Shown here one piece after another: positions 14,903 to 28,454 of a DNA stretch of 64,000 bases. Where the stretch lies: the NCBI RefSeq assembly GCF_000315625.1, contig NW_005434603.1:248001-312000 (forward strand). The letters are read 5' to 3'. The notes beneath the pieces are model-generated. The model saw only the letters and a program-made list of their open reading frames with translations, did no database searches and was not told the DNA's origin. Within the stretch, counting starts at the first letter, position 1, and each line of letters starts with the position of its first letter. The position numbers and the translations under genes are program-made. Source of the DNA: Guillardia theta CCMP2712. Lineage: Eukaryota > Protista > Cryptophyta.

Positions 14903-16060
14903 TTGATACTTTTGTCCGAACACCACAAGAACCACAAACATCACCGAGCACATGCAGAGAGATCCGTCGAAGAGCACAAGGCGTCCAAGACCGTCACGAG
15001 CGAGTTCAAGGTGGATGCTGTCTCTCAGATGGATAGACCGTATCTCCCTTACATCCCTCAAATGACGCCTTTCGTCCGATCGCCCAGCTGTGAGATCGGC
15101 AGCGCCTGGAGCAAATATCGAAACCTACTGCTCGATGTGGGGAGCGACCCCGAAGAAAGTCGACAGACGCAGAGGATGAACGTGCTGTTCAACAAGATCA
15201 ACGATCCCTCCAAGGCAGGCATCACGCCAGCCTCCCTTGTCCAAGGATTGAACAGCCTCGGCCTTACACATGTCGACCTCACAGAGGCCGACAGTCTCCT
15301 TCGAGAGCTGCTGAAGTCGCCGGAAAGCAGATCCGTTTCAAGAGAGGCTTTCTACGACTTCATGTCAGGGCTCTTGTGCGGGGAAGAGCTACATTGGGAT
15401 GCAATTCCGCACATTGAAGGTGAGGTCAAGTACTTAGACTCTAATGGCCCGTCTCACATGAGAAAGGTGATGGCCTCAAAATCCTGCAAAGGAATATCTC
15501 TGCAAAGAAGGAAGCCGCTCGATTGATGCAGGAGAATATCAAGATCAAGATCAAGACAAACAAAGTGAGGGAAGCTGAAGGGATGGGGGGGGGGGCGAGA
15601 ATGGAGGAGAATTAGGATGTGCAGGCGGCAGGAGGAGGGTCTAGATGTGCAGAGAGTGGATTGATCAAGTTTTCAGGAAGAGCTTTCAAGTCTCACCAAG
15701 GACATGAAATCCTTGCAGAAGAAGCATGGGGCTGCCAGCACGAGGGAGATGGAAAAGATCGAGAAAGTAAGTCTGGATTTCCCTTGCACGGTGATCTATC
15801 AAATAGAATTGATTGGTGATGAACAGAGGATCAAACGAAGGATGAAAGAGATGCAGATAAAAGAAAGTCAGCTGGTGATCTTGTTGGAGGAGGAAAAGAC
15901 GGTTCAAGGCAGAAGCACGTCCCTGCTCCAAGAAGCCAACATTCTACAGAATCTGGTACCTGGTCATGGAATTGAATTGTTCCGTACTGTAACAAATCAA
16001 CTTTCGCAGGCTGACAGAGTGATGCAGTACAAGAGTCTGGGAGCACACGTTGCAATGTAA
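14903..16060 (+). CDS. Protein with degenerate EF-hand (calmodulin-like) pair and coiled-coil C-terminus; multi-exon
   Basis: LFNKINDPSKAGITPASLVQGLNSLGL...EADSLLRELL...SVSREAFYDFM follows EF-hand helix spacing; downstream exons are E/K/Q-rich. Ends approximate. Confidence 0.5.
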
Positions 16061-17554
16061 TCTGCCAACTTCAACACTGAAGACGGAGGCAGTTACACCT
16101 GGATCACTAACCTTCTGTTTTTTTGCTTCTAGGCTGACTTCGATTGAATCTGTCCCCCTTGCACATGGCAAGCATTCATCGACTCAGGATGAAGAGGTCG
16201 TTGGATTCATCATAGAGAGCAAAGTTGTTCCGCTTTCCAGCGCACAAGCCAGAGGTCATGACGACGTCTTGAAATAGGTCGCGACGGGTTCATGGACGTA
16301 TGTCTCCTTTGAAGTGGAGCCTGACTGGAGGTGCTTTGAGGTCTTTCTTCTTGTACAATCTCAGCCTGCTGGCTGATTGCTGCTGCAGGTGGTTATCACT
16401 GCGTTGCACGGGACCGCTTACCTCTCGTTTGCTAATCCTCCTCTCATCTATCGAGCGGCGTCGGGCAGCCTCTTCAAGTCACCGCATGTGCTCTACTCGC
16501 CACGTTTGACCCGCACACAGACATCGAGGTCTTGGCGAGGGAGCTGATGCTGGCGGTCGAAGTGGATGGCAACGAGGGCCCGGCTTCCTAGTGAAGAGAA
16601 GCCTCGCCAAGACCGGCTACTACGGCATGGAGCACACAGTCAGGATACATCTCTCGCCTACAATCCTCCTCAGGTAACTGCCTCGTCCGAGAGATGTTGA
16701 CCTCACCCTTGTCCAGCTGCTACCCGGGAGGCTTCGGGAGGGCCTGGCAAGGATCTTGGCATCTCGGGGTGAGGGAGAGAGTGCGACACTCGTGCTCGAG
16801 CAGCATGTCATTGAGCTGGAGCAGGTGCACGGGCCTAGCAGCTTCAAGATCTCGGTGATCTACTTCAAGAGTGGCAGCGAAGGGTCTTGATGCTGAAGAA
16901 ACTATCCGATTCTTCCTGGTTGCTCCTTGCTGCACTCTTTTTGCATTTTCGATGCGAGTCCTGCCATGTCCACTAGCTGATGTTGCTACAGTCGTTCAGC
17001 TCCAAGAACGGAGCAGGGGCTCTGAGCTGAGCGCCTGAACGCCCTTGGCGGTTGAGAATCGCTGAGCCGCGCGCTTGAGTAGTGGGGGAGGGAGTTGAAG
17101 TAGCCCGAGGCGATAACCAGGACGCAAGAGGGGTGAAAGTCACCAGAGCAAGGGGGTTTGATTTAAGAAGGTGAGGGGGGTGGGTGGTTGTCAATACCGG
17201 TGGGTTGCTGTGGAGTTTGTGGAGTAATACAAGGTGGGTTGTCCATCAATAATGAATGGGGGTGGGATAGCATCGGAGACTAAGCAGGTAACCCCCTACC
17301 CCAACCGTTACTACCGTCATCAATGATCACCCCCCAAAGTGACTATTCTGACCCCACCCTTTCTATCCAATTTGTTGACCTTCACACCCAAGTACCCCAA
17401 CTGTTCGATGACTATTTACCTCAACACCCCGACCCCCCTTACCTGTGTCCCCACCCCCTCCAATCCCTTTGCAAGCACCGGTGAGAAGAGGGAATGGAGC
17501 AGGTAAGACCGGTGCAGGGCTGGGGTAGGTTGTAACCTGGGGATGGGATAGGCC

Positions 17555-20500
17555 ATGGCAGCGGCTGGTCAAGGAGGCGGCAGCAGCGGCGGATCCACCA
17601 GGCAGATCGGAGGAGCAAGCATGTGGGGAAGAGACGAAACCTCAGGAAGATCAGACGCCAACGTCGCTGACATGCGATTCCCTTCCTCTGTGCGACATTC
17701 CGATTCCCAACCAACTCATACCTTAGAGACATACTACCCGAAAATGTTGGAAAAGCTTGAAAATATGCAAGAAAAGCAGCGACAAAGTGATGAAATTCGA
17801 GAACAGGTAGTGTCAACAGGCGTATAGAGTCATCTCTCTGACGTTGGATGTTTGCAAGCTTGAAAGAGATAAGCGAGAACTGCAACGACAGTTGTCCAGC
17901 CAGACCAAGAAATTAGAACTTATGGAAACAGCGCTCGAAAACGAGAAAGAAAGCAGCAGAATACATGCAAACATTCTGAACGAACGAATTGATGCCTTGA
18001 AGGTGATTCCTCTCCAAAATTGCCTTGCATGACTGATAGTCTCTGTAGGATCAAATCCGTGCGCACGAAGAGTTGAACGAGAGGTCGGCAAAAGGGAATC
18101 AAGAGCTCGAGGTTTGAAGAATGTGATCCATGTGTGTGATTGAGACATCTTTGTGTGCAGCATAAAGAAAAAGAGATACAACTCTTAAATGAAGCCATCG
18201 AGGAGCTGGAGAGAGAAAAAGATCACGCAGTCCTCGAAGAGAGGAAACGATGTGAAGCTGAAACTGAGAAGGTTCTCAATTTCTTGGCCAAAACGTTGGA
18301 AGAACTTGAGATGGCAAAGGAGAAGAACAAAGAAGTATTCTCACTCAAGAAAGAAATTTTGGAACTCCAGACACAACTTGAAGAACTTCCGTATGCTCAG
18401 AAGATCTGCGATATCTATGCTGAATTCTTCAACTTTGTGGACAATTGCGCGTGTTTGAATGAGGCTGGTTCGCACAAGTGGAAAGAAACAGATCGAAACA
18501 TTCGGATCCATCGCAGGACAAGAGTGGAACGGGGCGACCGATCTGCCAGCCCTTTTTCAAAAGCGACAGCAAGCCCACGCCTGTCAGAAAATGATCCCAT
18601 TCTTGCATCGACCAAGGACAAATCTATGAGCATTGAATCAAAGGATTCTTCTTCAAAGGAGATGACGGATACGTCAAAAAAGCATTCTGATAATGTATCA
18701 CGTGGTAGAAATCCTTGTGAGGATACATCGTGCTTGACATGTTCGTTGTTAGGACTTCCACCGAAATTTCCAAATGTTGCAAAAGCAAAACATGAAGGAA
18801 ACAAAATCCAGAAAGGTGGTGCTGATTCAGTTGAAAATACTCCTTCAAGTTCACACAGCTTCAGCCTGGGAACGCTGGTAAATCTTTTTCACTTGCGATG
18901 AGACGTGTAATTCCCAATCATCAAGATCAAACGACTCGAAGAAGCACAGAACAGGCAAGAAAAGGTTGAAGAAGACTTGAACAGAGAAACAACGAAATGT
19001 AGAGATCTCGAAATACAGTACAAGGAACTCATCTTTAATTTCCATACGAATCATCTTTAATTTGGGATTGTACAGGCGCTGCTCCTTGGAAAAGAAAGGG
19101 AGATTGCTAATCTGCGGAAACGGATGGCTTCATTCGAAGTAAGATCTGTTTGATCCTTTCAAATTTCACGAGCTGTATCGTATCAGGTTAGATCGGATGC
19201 ACCTCAGACAGTCTCTTCGAAACAGAGTGTAGACCCTGCAGATATTCAGCAAGACTCAGCAGCACCGCATCACTTGACGGAATCAGGAGACAACCAGTCG
19301 TACAAGATGGATTCGAATGATTTTCTGCAAGTGGTATCTTAGCTTCGTACGGATTTTTCTGCCTCTGACACATATTCGCTACGTGTTTTCAGGCAGCGGA
19401 GTTGAAACATTGTCAAGAAAAACTTGTATATTGGCAAAATGAATCAAAATATCTTGCTGAGCAGGTGTTGATTAAAGAAAATAGTGCCTGAATACTGTAA
19501 CACCAATATTGACATTAATTTTCAAGGTGCGATTGCTTCAGAAGCAGTGTCAGGAAAGTTCATTACGAAGGAACGAGGCATTGAAACAAGTGCAAGATCT
19601 GCAAATTCGTCTGAAAGAGCAGGTGATCCAATCAGTGGCTGTTCTGACCTTGTGAGTGAAATTTTGTGCAATTGAAGGAGATAATGCATACATCGAAAGA
19701 AAGCGCTTATACTGAAGCTAGCCAGAAGAATCTTGACTCGTTGGAATCTCAACTGGAGACTGCAAAGTCTCAATGCAGAATTTTTTCAGACGAACTGCTG
19801 GATAAAACTTCAGAAATATCAAATCTAAAATCTCTGATACAGAAGTATGAGACAGATAAGTTTACAATTCAAAGGAGTTTCGATCAAAAACTAAGCAAGA
19901 GCAACTTACAACTCTCTGTGTGTAGAGATTATACAAAAGAGTTGCAAGATCAGATACAGAAGTTTTCAAACGAAATGAGGTAAGGACCGCTTGCGGTTGT
20001 TCCGATGCTGATTTATGCCTGCAGGAATGTTACGATTCAAATATCTGAGACTTTTCGAGGAACTTCTCAAAAATCATCTAACCCCTACATGCATGAATCA
20101 CAAGATATGCTCAACACTACTTCTGCCATTTCAAATATCATGAACGACATGAATTACATACAGCGCAATTTTGACCGTCTAGCTACAGACATTCAACCGT
20201 TTCTGAACAGCCATGCAACAAATCAAAACGATCTGGAATTGCACGATCCAACCTTCAAACAATCAGATAAAAGGAATACAACCTCTCAATGCCAATATCA
20301 AGCACAAATGGAAATCTGGAAGAGGGCATTCAATGAAAATGCCAATAAGCTTGACTTCCTCTTAAGAATGATGTTATCCCAAAAGCTCACAGGAATTCAA
20401 TGTCAAGTTTGTACAGAGATATCAGATTGCTGGAACGCCCTCACAGAATTGATGGATCTGCCACTCAGATTCGCTTGTCCTGGTGGTCATGACGTCAAGC

Positions 20501-22747
20501 TTTCTTCCGAGGTGCACGGTACGATCAATCACATTGGAAATGACATGCAGGACGACGTTGATCTCCATGTCCTGCCGGTGCACAAACTCTCAGACATTTG
20601 CGACGAGCACAATTACCAGGACCCTTCGCCTCCTCCATCGGAAGACATCAGGAAGGTCAACATTAAGTTGAACTTCTCGGAGCTGGATGAGCTCGGGTCC
20701 TCTCACGAGGGGAGGGAGAGGTCAGGAGACTACCGACAACGGCCCAGGCTGCCGAAGAAGTCGGTGGAGTCTGACTGCCAGCCCTCGGACACGTCAGCGC
20801 TGGTTGAGAGGCTGCAGCATCAGAACAGCGCCTTGAGCCACCAGCTGTCGTTGAAGAGTACCGAGGTGGAGATCCTCTACGGGGAGCTGGAGAACATCAA
20901 GAGCAGCCTTGGGAACGAGGAGTTCAGCATTAGCGACCTCCATACCGAGCTGTCAATCGCGGCAGTGAAGGCAGAAGCGCAACTTCAGATCCTACAGCTG
21001 GAAGAGCGGGTGACTCGATCCCTTCCCTCCTGCCTTCTGCTCGTCGGGGAGTGATGATGGTATGCTGGCAGGTGCGAGAGCTTGAGGATGAGAGGGACGA
21101 CAGGGAATTCACTCCTCGGTACCGGGAGTTCGAGAAGAAGTTCGAGATCCTTGAGACCGAGGAGTCGGTGATCTCCCGCGCTGTGTCCCTCGGGCTGGTC
21201 GTGGACGGGAAGGTGTGACGTCAGCACATCTCGAATGCCCTGAACCCTGAACAGAAATTCTTGCGCTCAGGTGTTTGAGAACGTGCGAGAGTCGGTCAAG
21301 TCTCTGAGCAACCTGATCGTGGAGGAGGTTCAGTCCATGAACGAGATCCTTGAGTGGAACCTCGAGGAGCTTCAAGTCACAATCAGGTGACTTGTAGTCT
21401 TAGAGATGGTTGTGCTCTGGTGATCCGTTCAACTCTCAGGGAAAGGGAGGGGCATGTGATCGAGGACCTAGAAAGCATGAGAAGGTATTTCAGGTCGACG
21501 CATTTGATTTTCGTTGTGTTGACGTTGTTCGAAAGAAAATACGAGCGTGAAATTGCTGAGCCTTTGCAAACGGTGAGCGGACACGCATGGGATGTCAATT
21601 GAAATTAACTCGTTTTTCAGAAATTGCTGGAGGAACAGAATACAATCTCACAATGCAGACAGAGGAATGCAAAGCAGGACTTGTTGATTTTCTTCAAAGG
21701 TACTGCATGTAGATTCATGTTTTGTGTGGTAAAGGATTATGCAGATGTTCAACTTGAGCAATTCCGCTCAAAGTATTCGAAGGCTGTGTCGATCATCTCT
21801 GAAAGCTTTTCAACAATGTCAGAGCTTGCTGGCATTTATCAAGACTTGTTTGAAGCATGCGCAATCCAATCATCTCTTGAGACCGCTAAAAGGATGGTGT
21901 TGTCAACACCGACGAACCATGATGAAGAGGTGAAGGTCTTGTGCTCTTTTTGAGAGACGAGTCTGAGGGTTGTTATCAGAATCATATGACGGGGCAGAAA
22001 GAAAGAGAGGAGGATAATCCTTCGGTGAAGAACATGATTATGGAGAAGAAGAGCCCCCACAGCTCCGAAGAACATGCTTCTCCGCAAACATCAAGCCCGA
22101 AGGAGTTGAAACCTCTCATCGAGATTAACGACAAACCCAAGTCAGAGCTGACAGACATGATCTCTCTTCCATGCAAGATAGAAGTCTGCATCAAAACTGC
22201 GAGAATATCAGACAAACACGACATGGAGGAACTAGGTTTCCCGTACCTCATCGTTGTGTTGGATCACAAGAATGGTCGTTCGGCTCGTCGAAAGACGCTG
22301 ATCGGAGAGAGCAAGATTCATACAGATGTTAAGAGGTCGCTTGCGAGGCTCGCAGCATGCCCCTGCCTGAGCCGATGTTGTAGGCGAGAACTGGTTGTCA
22401 TCATGGAAGAAACCTTCAAGTTCGATGTCTTCAAGATCGATCAGGTCAGCAGTGCTGTCTGCCTCGCTTCTTGGATTGAACCTTGCAGTAGAAATTTGCC
22501 TTCACATTGTTCAACGGCCCTGGAGCGCATGCAGACAAGTCTAGCAAGATCCCGAAGATGATTGGTTGCGGCAACCTCCCGGTCGCACGTATTATGCATC
22601 AGGTGAAGCAGATGTCAACCCTCTGGTTCCTTGACATGCTCGCAGCTCGAGAGCGTTGATCCGACCTCCATCAGCCTGTCGGACGGAGATGAGACCATTG
22701 GGAACCTGTTTGTACAGTTTTCGTTTGTGTCTTCTCTCAAGTCATGA
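17555..22747 (+). CDS. Large coiled-coil protein with C-terminal C2-like domain; many exons (could be two genes)
   Basis: Successive heptad-rich exons (18140-18901, 19666-19983, 20005-21054). Terminal exons KIEVCIKTARI...PYLIVVL...EETFKFDV...IGCGNLPV...IGNLFVQFSF* resemble a C2 beta-sandwich. Confidence 0.6.
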
Positions 22748-23079
22748 GTGATGTTGATCGTGATCGTTTCAAGAGATGTAAATTAGACGACTGGAATCTT
22801 AAAGTTATGAAGCGATGAATCAGACCTGCTGCGATTGCCGACATCATCAGAGCCTCAGGCTTGATATCAAGGAGCCTGCGGAGAAAGCCTCACACGTGAC
22901 TGCCATCTGCCTTGAACTTCATTGCTGCCAGTTACGATGTTTACTGACCAGTTCTTGACTTCTGACCAAAGACTACGATCACCTGCCACCTCCGCCTCAG
23001 GAGTGACTCAGTCACTCAGCACTTTCAGGCTTGAAGTTACTCGGAGGCTTCCACTCACTGCCAGTGACTTAGTCACTCA

Positions 23080-23270
23080 CAGTCTCGCCATCTGAGGCCG
23101 CGGGATTCCGAGTGCGGTGGCGCCGGCGGCGGCCCGACCCGCCCGAGGCCCAGGCTCACGGTACTCTGAGTAGTTACCCGGCCGTCCCGGCAGGTGCCAG
23201 CTGCCTGCAACGGCTGCCAGCGGCCAGTGGGCCGGGCCAGCCTCGGGCTCAGTGAGGCCCCGGGTCACCT
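23080..23270. other. GC-rich intergenic island
   Basis: Same ccgg/gggccc/cggtac/gtgact vocabulary as the other islands. Confidence 0.45.
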
Positions 23271-23568
23271 TGATGTATTGTTGATACACCGTTTAATGTA
23301 TCGCTCATACATGACCAACGGTCGAGTCAACCTGATGTTGAGTGATGAGCAAACTGGGATGTTGGGTGGGAACATGAAGGAGGGGAGACTCAGATGGGGA
23401 GGGGGAGGGGGAGGTGGAGGGAGAAGGAGAGGGGGAGGGGGAGGGGGAAGGGGAGGGAGACTCCTGGGAGAAGGGAGAGGGAGAAGGGTTTGTGATGATG
23501 ACGTATTTGTCGTTTGAGATGTGCGACGGTGACCTGGCTGCTGCAGCATGGTCGACAGAGCTTTTTCC

Positions 23569-24800
23569 ATGGCGGAGTCAGAGCCCGGCGAAGTTTCACA
23601 CTTCGACCATCTGCTTTCGTTTCCCCAAGAGATCGCTCCCGTCTTCGACTCACTCACAGCAGAGCAAGAAGACAGAAGAATATTCGATTATGTCAGGAAC
23701 AGGGAAGTTGGAAGAAACTTGGAGAGGGTAAGAGGAGGAGAACAAAGAGTTGAACGAGGTGGTCATGAGAATCTTGTAGATCAACGAAATTTTGGATCAA
23801 GCGACGAAGGAGAGGATTGAATCTGATGGTATGTTCTTGTTTCGATGGCTTTGCTGGAAAGGTGATTTTCTCTCTGTTGTCCATCAGTCTTGCTGGATAA
23901 ATTGTACAGCACCAAACTTTCAGCCATGCAACGCCTCCTGACTGAGCAGATCGAGAGAGGATTCAAGTCATTACACGTAGTAAGGCCATCCTGCTTGCAG
24001 TCAAGTGACCAATGCGGACAGGAAGAGCTTGAGATATCGAAAGAAAGGATGCGGATCGCCGCTGGTATGAACATACTCCTCCGAGCTACTCGGTTCTCAA
24101 TCTTTCTCGTTAGAGAAATTGTACCAACACGAGGTGGACGCGGAGATAGCAAGGCGGCAGTTGTATGATGAACTTCAAGCGAAGATGGACGGCTTGACTA
24201 ACGTTGCTATTTCTCGCTCTCCTCTTTTCACTCACCACCACATGACAGGAGTTACAAACTGTCAGCGTGCATCGACAACAGCAAGACATTGACTTCCGCG
24301 TCAAGATCCCTCCAGCGGTGTAAGGATGAGAGCTTATCATGGAGCTCATTTTCGTCCAGGTCCTGTCAGTCTACCGCATGCTTCAGGATGAGAAGGACGT
24401 CTGCGAGGGTCTACAGGCAGAGTGCAGGTGATTCAAGGAGGAGGAAGGGGTTCGATAGAGCAGGAGAGGATGTGACGGGGACGGACAGAGAAAGGTGTCT
24501 TCCTCTTGAGCACAGCGACCTCAACGACATCGAGCATTCTGTCGCCCAACAGGTTGAGGACGTAGCCGCCGCGTATCTCCCAATGCCTGACAAGGTGTTC
24601 AGGCTATCCGACAGGAGATACACGACCTGGTGTCAGCGATAACCCAGGAGGTGAGAAACGTTGAACGCGCTCTGCAGGAGCTCAAGGATACTCAGGTGCA
24701 TGATCGCATCGCCGAGGAGAAGGCGCAGGCAGCACGAGCACGGGCATTGACCGATGCCCTATCCCAAGGGCTCAAGATTGTGAATGCTTCCGCGCCCTTA
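23569..24800 (+). CDS. Hypothetical coiled-coil protein; multi-exon
   Basis: ATG 23569 (MAESEPGEV...) followed by short E/Q/R-rich exons with GT-AG boundaries; 3' end uncertain. Confidence 0.45.
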
Positions 24801-24869
24801 CCATGAGCGTCATCGCAGCAGTGAGAGCTCGCAGGCCAATAAAAGTGCGTGCGATCAAATACTTTCATT

Positions 24870-27140
24870 CTTCAACGGAATCGCGTCAAAAGGACACGAG
24901 AGTCATCAACATATGCTCCCTTCTTCATCCGTAAAGCTTGAGAGCACGTGGCGTTCAAGGTACCGACTTGTTCTGAGCTTGGAACTCTGGGCTGAGTCAA
25001 CGGGTCACTGCCTGGGATGATAACACTGCTCTCTTGACTTACTCGTTCATTAGAAGTTCCTCTGGGGGGACGGCCGGGTGTGGAGTGGTGAACCACTGCA
25101 CCAACACGTCACCTTGTCAATGCAAAACCTAAATCGACATCGTGCTCACATCCTTGCCCAACTGCTTGATCATGTGAAGCACACCATAGGTGGTTGCATG
25201 GATCTGACAAGCTCGTGTCAAAAATCGAGCAGATCGATGAGCTTTCTATCACCTCCTCGAGTTCGCCAAAACCAAACTCCTCTTTCATCTCCTCCTCACT
25301 CTTTCCACTCTCGAGGACCTGAAGAGTCAGTCAGCCGGCCGGTCAAGTTCAACACAGGAATCATCTGACCGACAGCTTCCACTTAGTTCTCTGTAGATTA
25401 CTCTCCTTGAATGCGCTGTCAGGCATTTCCTCCAAGACCTTGTGTAGGCAGTATCAGAAACTTGTGTGTATAAGAAACCTCTCTGACAGCAACCTTGAGG
25501 AGGTATTTGCAAAGTTTTGTCAAGTCCTGAACAACGTCGGGGTTCTTCTCAAGACCCACGAGCCCTCCAGCCCAGTCTCCATCCCCTGACAGCATCTGGA
25601 GACGTATCTCGTCAGTAAGCAAACAAGATAATTTGACTTCTAGCGGGTTGAACAAATCAGAACACATGTTCATCGAGCAGAATCAATTCGCTACCGTTCC
25701 ATTCTGAGCAGTGGCTCTGTGCTCCTTCCACAAGGTGGAGTGAAAGAGGTTCCCACGGGAGACGCTGAGGGAGCGTCAGATATGGTCCTCTGCCCAAAGC
25801 GAGGAGGGCGGAGCGATACCGGCTGGGATCGAGGTCGGAAAACGCAGGTTTGGAAGTATGGAGGAGACGAACTGAAGTTCAGCAAGCACCGTCACTGATC
25901 TCGTGAGGGAAGAGCAAGAAGCCCACCAAGCCCAGGGGAGGACCTCCTCACGCCAAGCCTCGACAATGCACGGAAGGCCTGCTCCGCTTCCAGTGAGTTC
26001 TGATGCCTCCGACCCTCAGCCTGATCTAGCGGTTCGAAGAGTCGAGATCGCAGTGTTTGACTGAAAGACTACATTCCAACCGTTGTATCCTTCTGTCTAG
26101 CTTACCAACTTCCACATAGACATTTCAAAGATCATCCCAATCAACTCACAATCCATACCGTTCGCCTAGTCGCTTCAATGGAGGAACGAAAGCTTNNNNN
26201 NNNNNNNNNNNNNNNNNNNNNNNNNNNNNNNNNNNNNNNNNNNNNNNNNNNNNNNNNNNNNNNNNNNNNNNNNNNNNNNNNNNNNNNNNNNNNNNAACCA
26301 CATGTTCCTAGAGACAGAAAAAATTCAGATACGTTCCCATTGTCGACAGGGGGATAGAGCCCTTTCCAAAAGGTGTATGAAAGAGGTCCCCCGAGGAAAC
26401 GTTGGGGGAGCTTCAAAAATGGTCCTTGGCCCAAACCGAGGAGGGGGGAGGCATCCAGCCTGGGTTGCAGTTGGGAAAAGCCAGTTTTGGAAATTTGGAG
26501 TAGTTGAACGGAATTTCAGCAAGCCCCGTCATGGCTTTCATGGGGGAAGAAAAAAAACCCCCCAAAGCCCAGGGGAGGACCTCCTCACCCCAAGCCTTGA
26601 CAATCCGCGGAAGCCCTGCTCCGTTTCCAGGGAGTTGGGTCGCCTCCGCCCTTCACCCGGATCATCCGGTTCGAAGAGTGGAGATCGCAGTTTTTGGTTG
26701 AAAAACTACATTCCAACCGTTGTTTCTTTCGGTAGATCTTCCCAATTTCCAAAAAGACATTTCAAAATTATTCCCAAAAAACTCCCAATCCACTCCGTTC
26801 CCAGATTGGTTTCAATGACGGAATGAAAGTTTGGGGGGGGGGGGGGGGGGGGGAGAGAAGACTTCTACCAACAAACAATTATCCTAACCGAGCTCTCAAT
26901 GCTTGCAGTTCACAACTCTAAGCTGTTTTTGCGTCACTCCCAAGTCTTGAGTGTTCACTCCTCTTCTCCCTTCTGTTGCAGACATCCAGGAGCACCTACT
27001 ATGATGTTGCTGTTCTCCTTACGGGGTGGAACGATCTCAAGAACGCCTCCTCCACTCTCTCAATCACCCCCATGTCAATGCCTTCCTCCTCCTCGCTCTG
27101 TCCGTTCTTCCCATCCTCTGCGACGCGTACCTGCGCCATC
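24870..27140 (-). CDS. Hypothetical multi-exon protein spanning the assembly gap
   Basis: Exon-like segments (ESGKSEEEMKEEFGFGELEE; IHATTYGVLHMIKQLGKD; VQWFTTPHPAVPPEELL) and ATG GCG CAG|gt near 27139; no family recognised. Confidence 0.3.
26196..26295. other. Assembly gap (100 N) flanked by a probable false duplication
   Basis: 25661-26195 is repeated in degraded form at 26296-26832, followed by a G21 run. Confidence 0.95.
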
Positions 27141-28454
27141 GTCGAACAGCTACTGCTATAATCTTTCCTAGGACCTTCCTATGTCATTTCTTATGACCTA
27201 AATGGCAGACATCCTAGCAACATCCTATGACCCAGAGTGTTTACAATTTCCATTTACAAGCTTGTATGAAGATAGGACCTCCAAAGCCCTTTCCTAGACC
27301 CAAATTTCTTACCGTCCTACAGACTGTCACTAGGACCTACATTTGGACCCTCATCCCCAAATCTCCCTATCATTTGCCCTCATCCCCGCTCAGCCTGTTT
27401 CTCTCATCATCTCCCTCATTCTCTTTTCATCCCCCTCTTACCCTTATCTCACCTCACGTTGGTGCGGGTGGGGTAGTAACAACCCCCTGGTAATCAGCCC
27501 TGAACCCCTTTTTTCCAAGGGTTCTGAGCAATAGTAAGGGGTACAAGCAGAGACATTTGGTGGGTAGGGTGTGGGGTCGGAAATCCAGGAGAAGGTGGGT
27601 AGGGGTTCCAGGGTCACGAGGCCCATAGTAGTGAAGCTAGCTTGTAAGCGGCCCCGTTTCTACTACCCCTACCCCTCTCAATCCCTGTGATCACCCATCC
27701 ATCCTCAAACTTCACACCCTACCCCAACCTCCTTTTTTCCTCGAATTGATGACCCCTTCTCCATCACCACCCCCCAAAAGCTTATTTTCACCCCTCCTTT
27801 TTCCATGATAATACCCCAAGATTTCCCACCCCAAATCTCCACCCCCCTTCTACTTACCCCCCACCCTCGGATGACCATATGTCTTTAGCGGACTCATAAC
27901 GCTGCTGTGGACCACCCCTACCCATATGATCGTCTTGTGAAATACCGGTCCTTGCAAATGACTTCCACCCCTCTTTGCAGATAGTCTGCAAATCCACCCC
28001 TCTTCGACCCAGTGATCCTCATCCGGTGGGGTACTACTCAGACCCCTACCCTATGTTTGATCTGTTTAATTACCGGTTATCCACAACCATTTTGTGACCA
28101 CCCCATGGATTTCTTCATAATCCAGAGAGGTACCCCTTATTTTCCCAAGTATTCTGAAACCACCCCCTACAATTCCCAACTTAACCACCAGAAACTGTTT
28201 GTTCATCTACCCCTCGTCTACATCACCCCACCCCACTAAACCTAATTTGTTTTGTATTGGAACTTCATGAGAACTACATATCCATATTTTCTTATGATAA
28301 GACATATAATAAATACCCTTTGTATCACCCCCAATTGACTTCTAAAAATGATTACCCCATGAAACTATACCCCCACCCCAGATGGTGTACCCTCCACCCC
28401 CCGCTGCATCTCCTTTCCCTCCCCTCCCTCCTCTCGTGGTGCGGCCTCTCCTGC

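Noticed and set aside
26296-26832. LTR pair or real tandem duplication
   Set aside because: The error gradient from the poly-G run and the adjacent N gap indicate an assembly artefact; no RT, integrase or PBS was seen.
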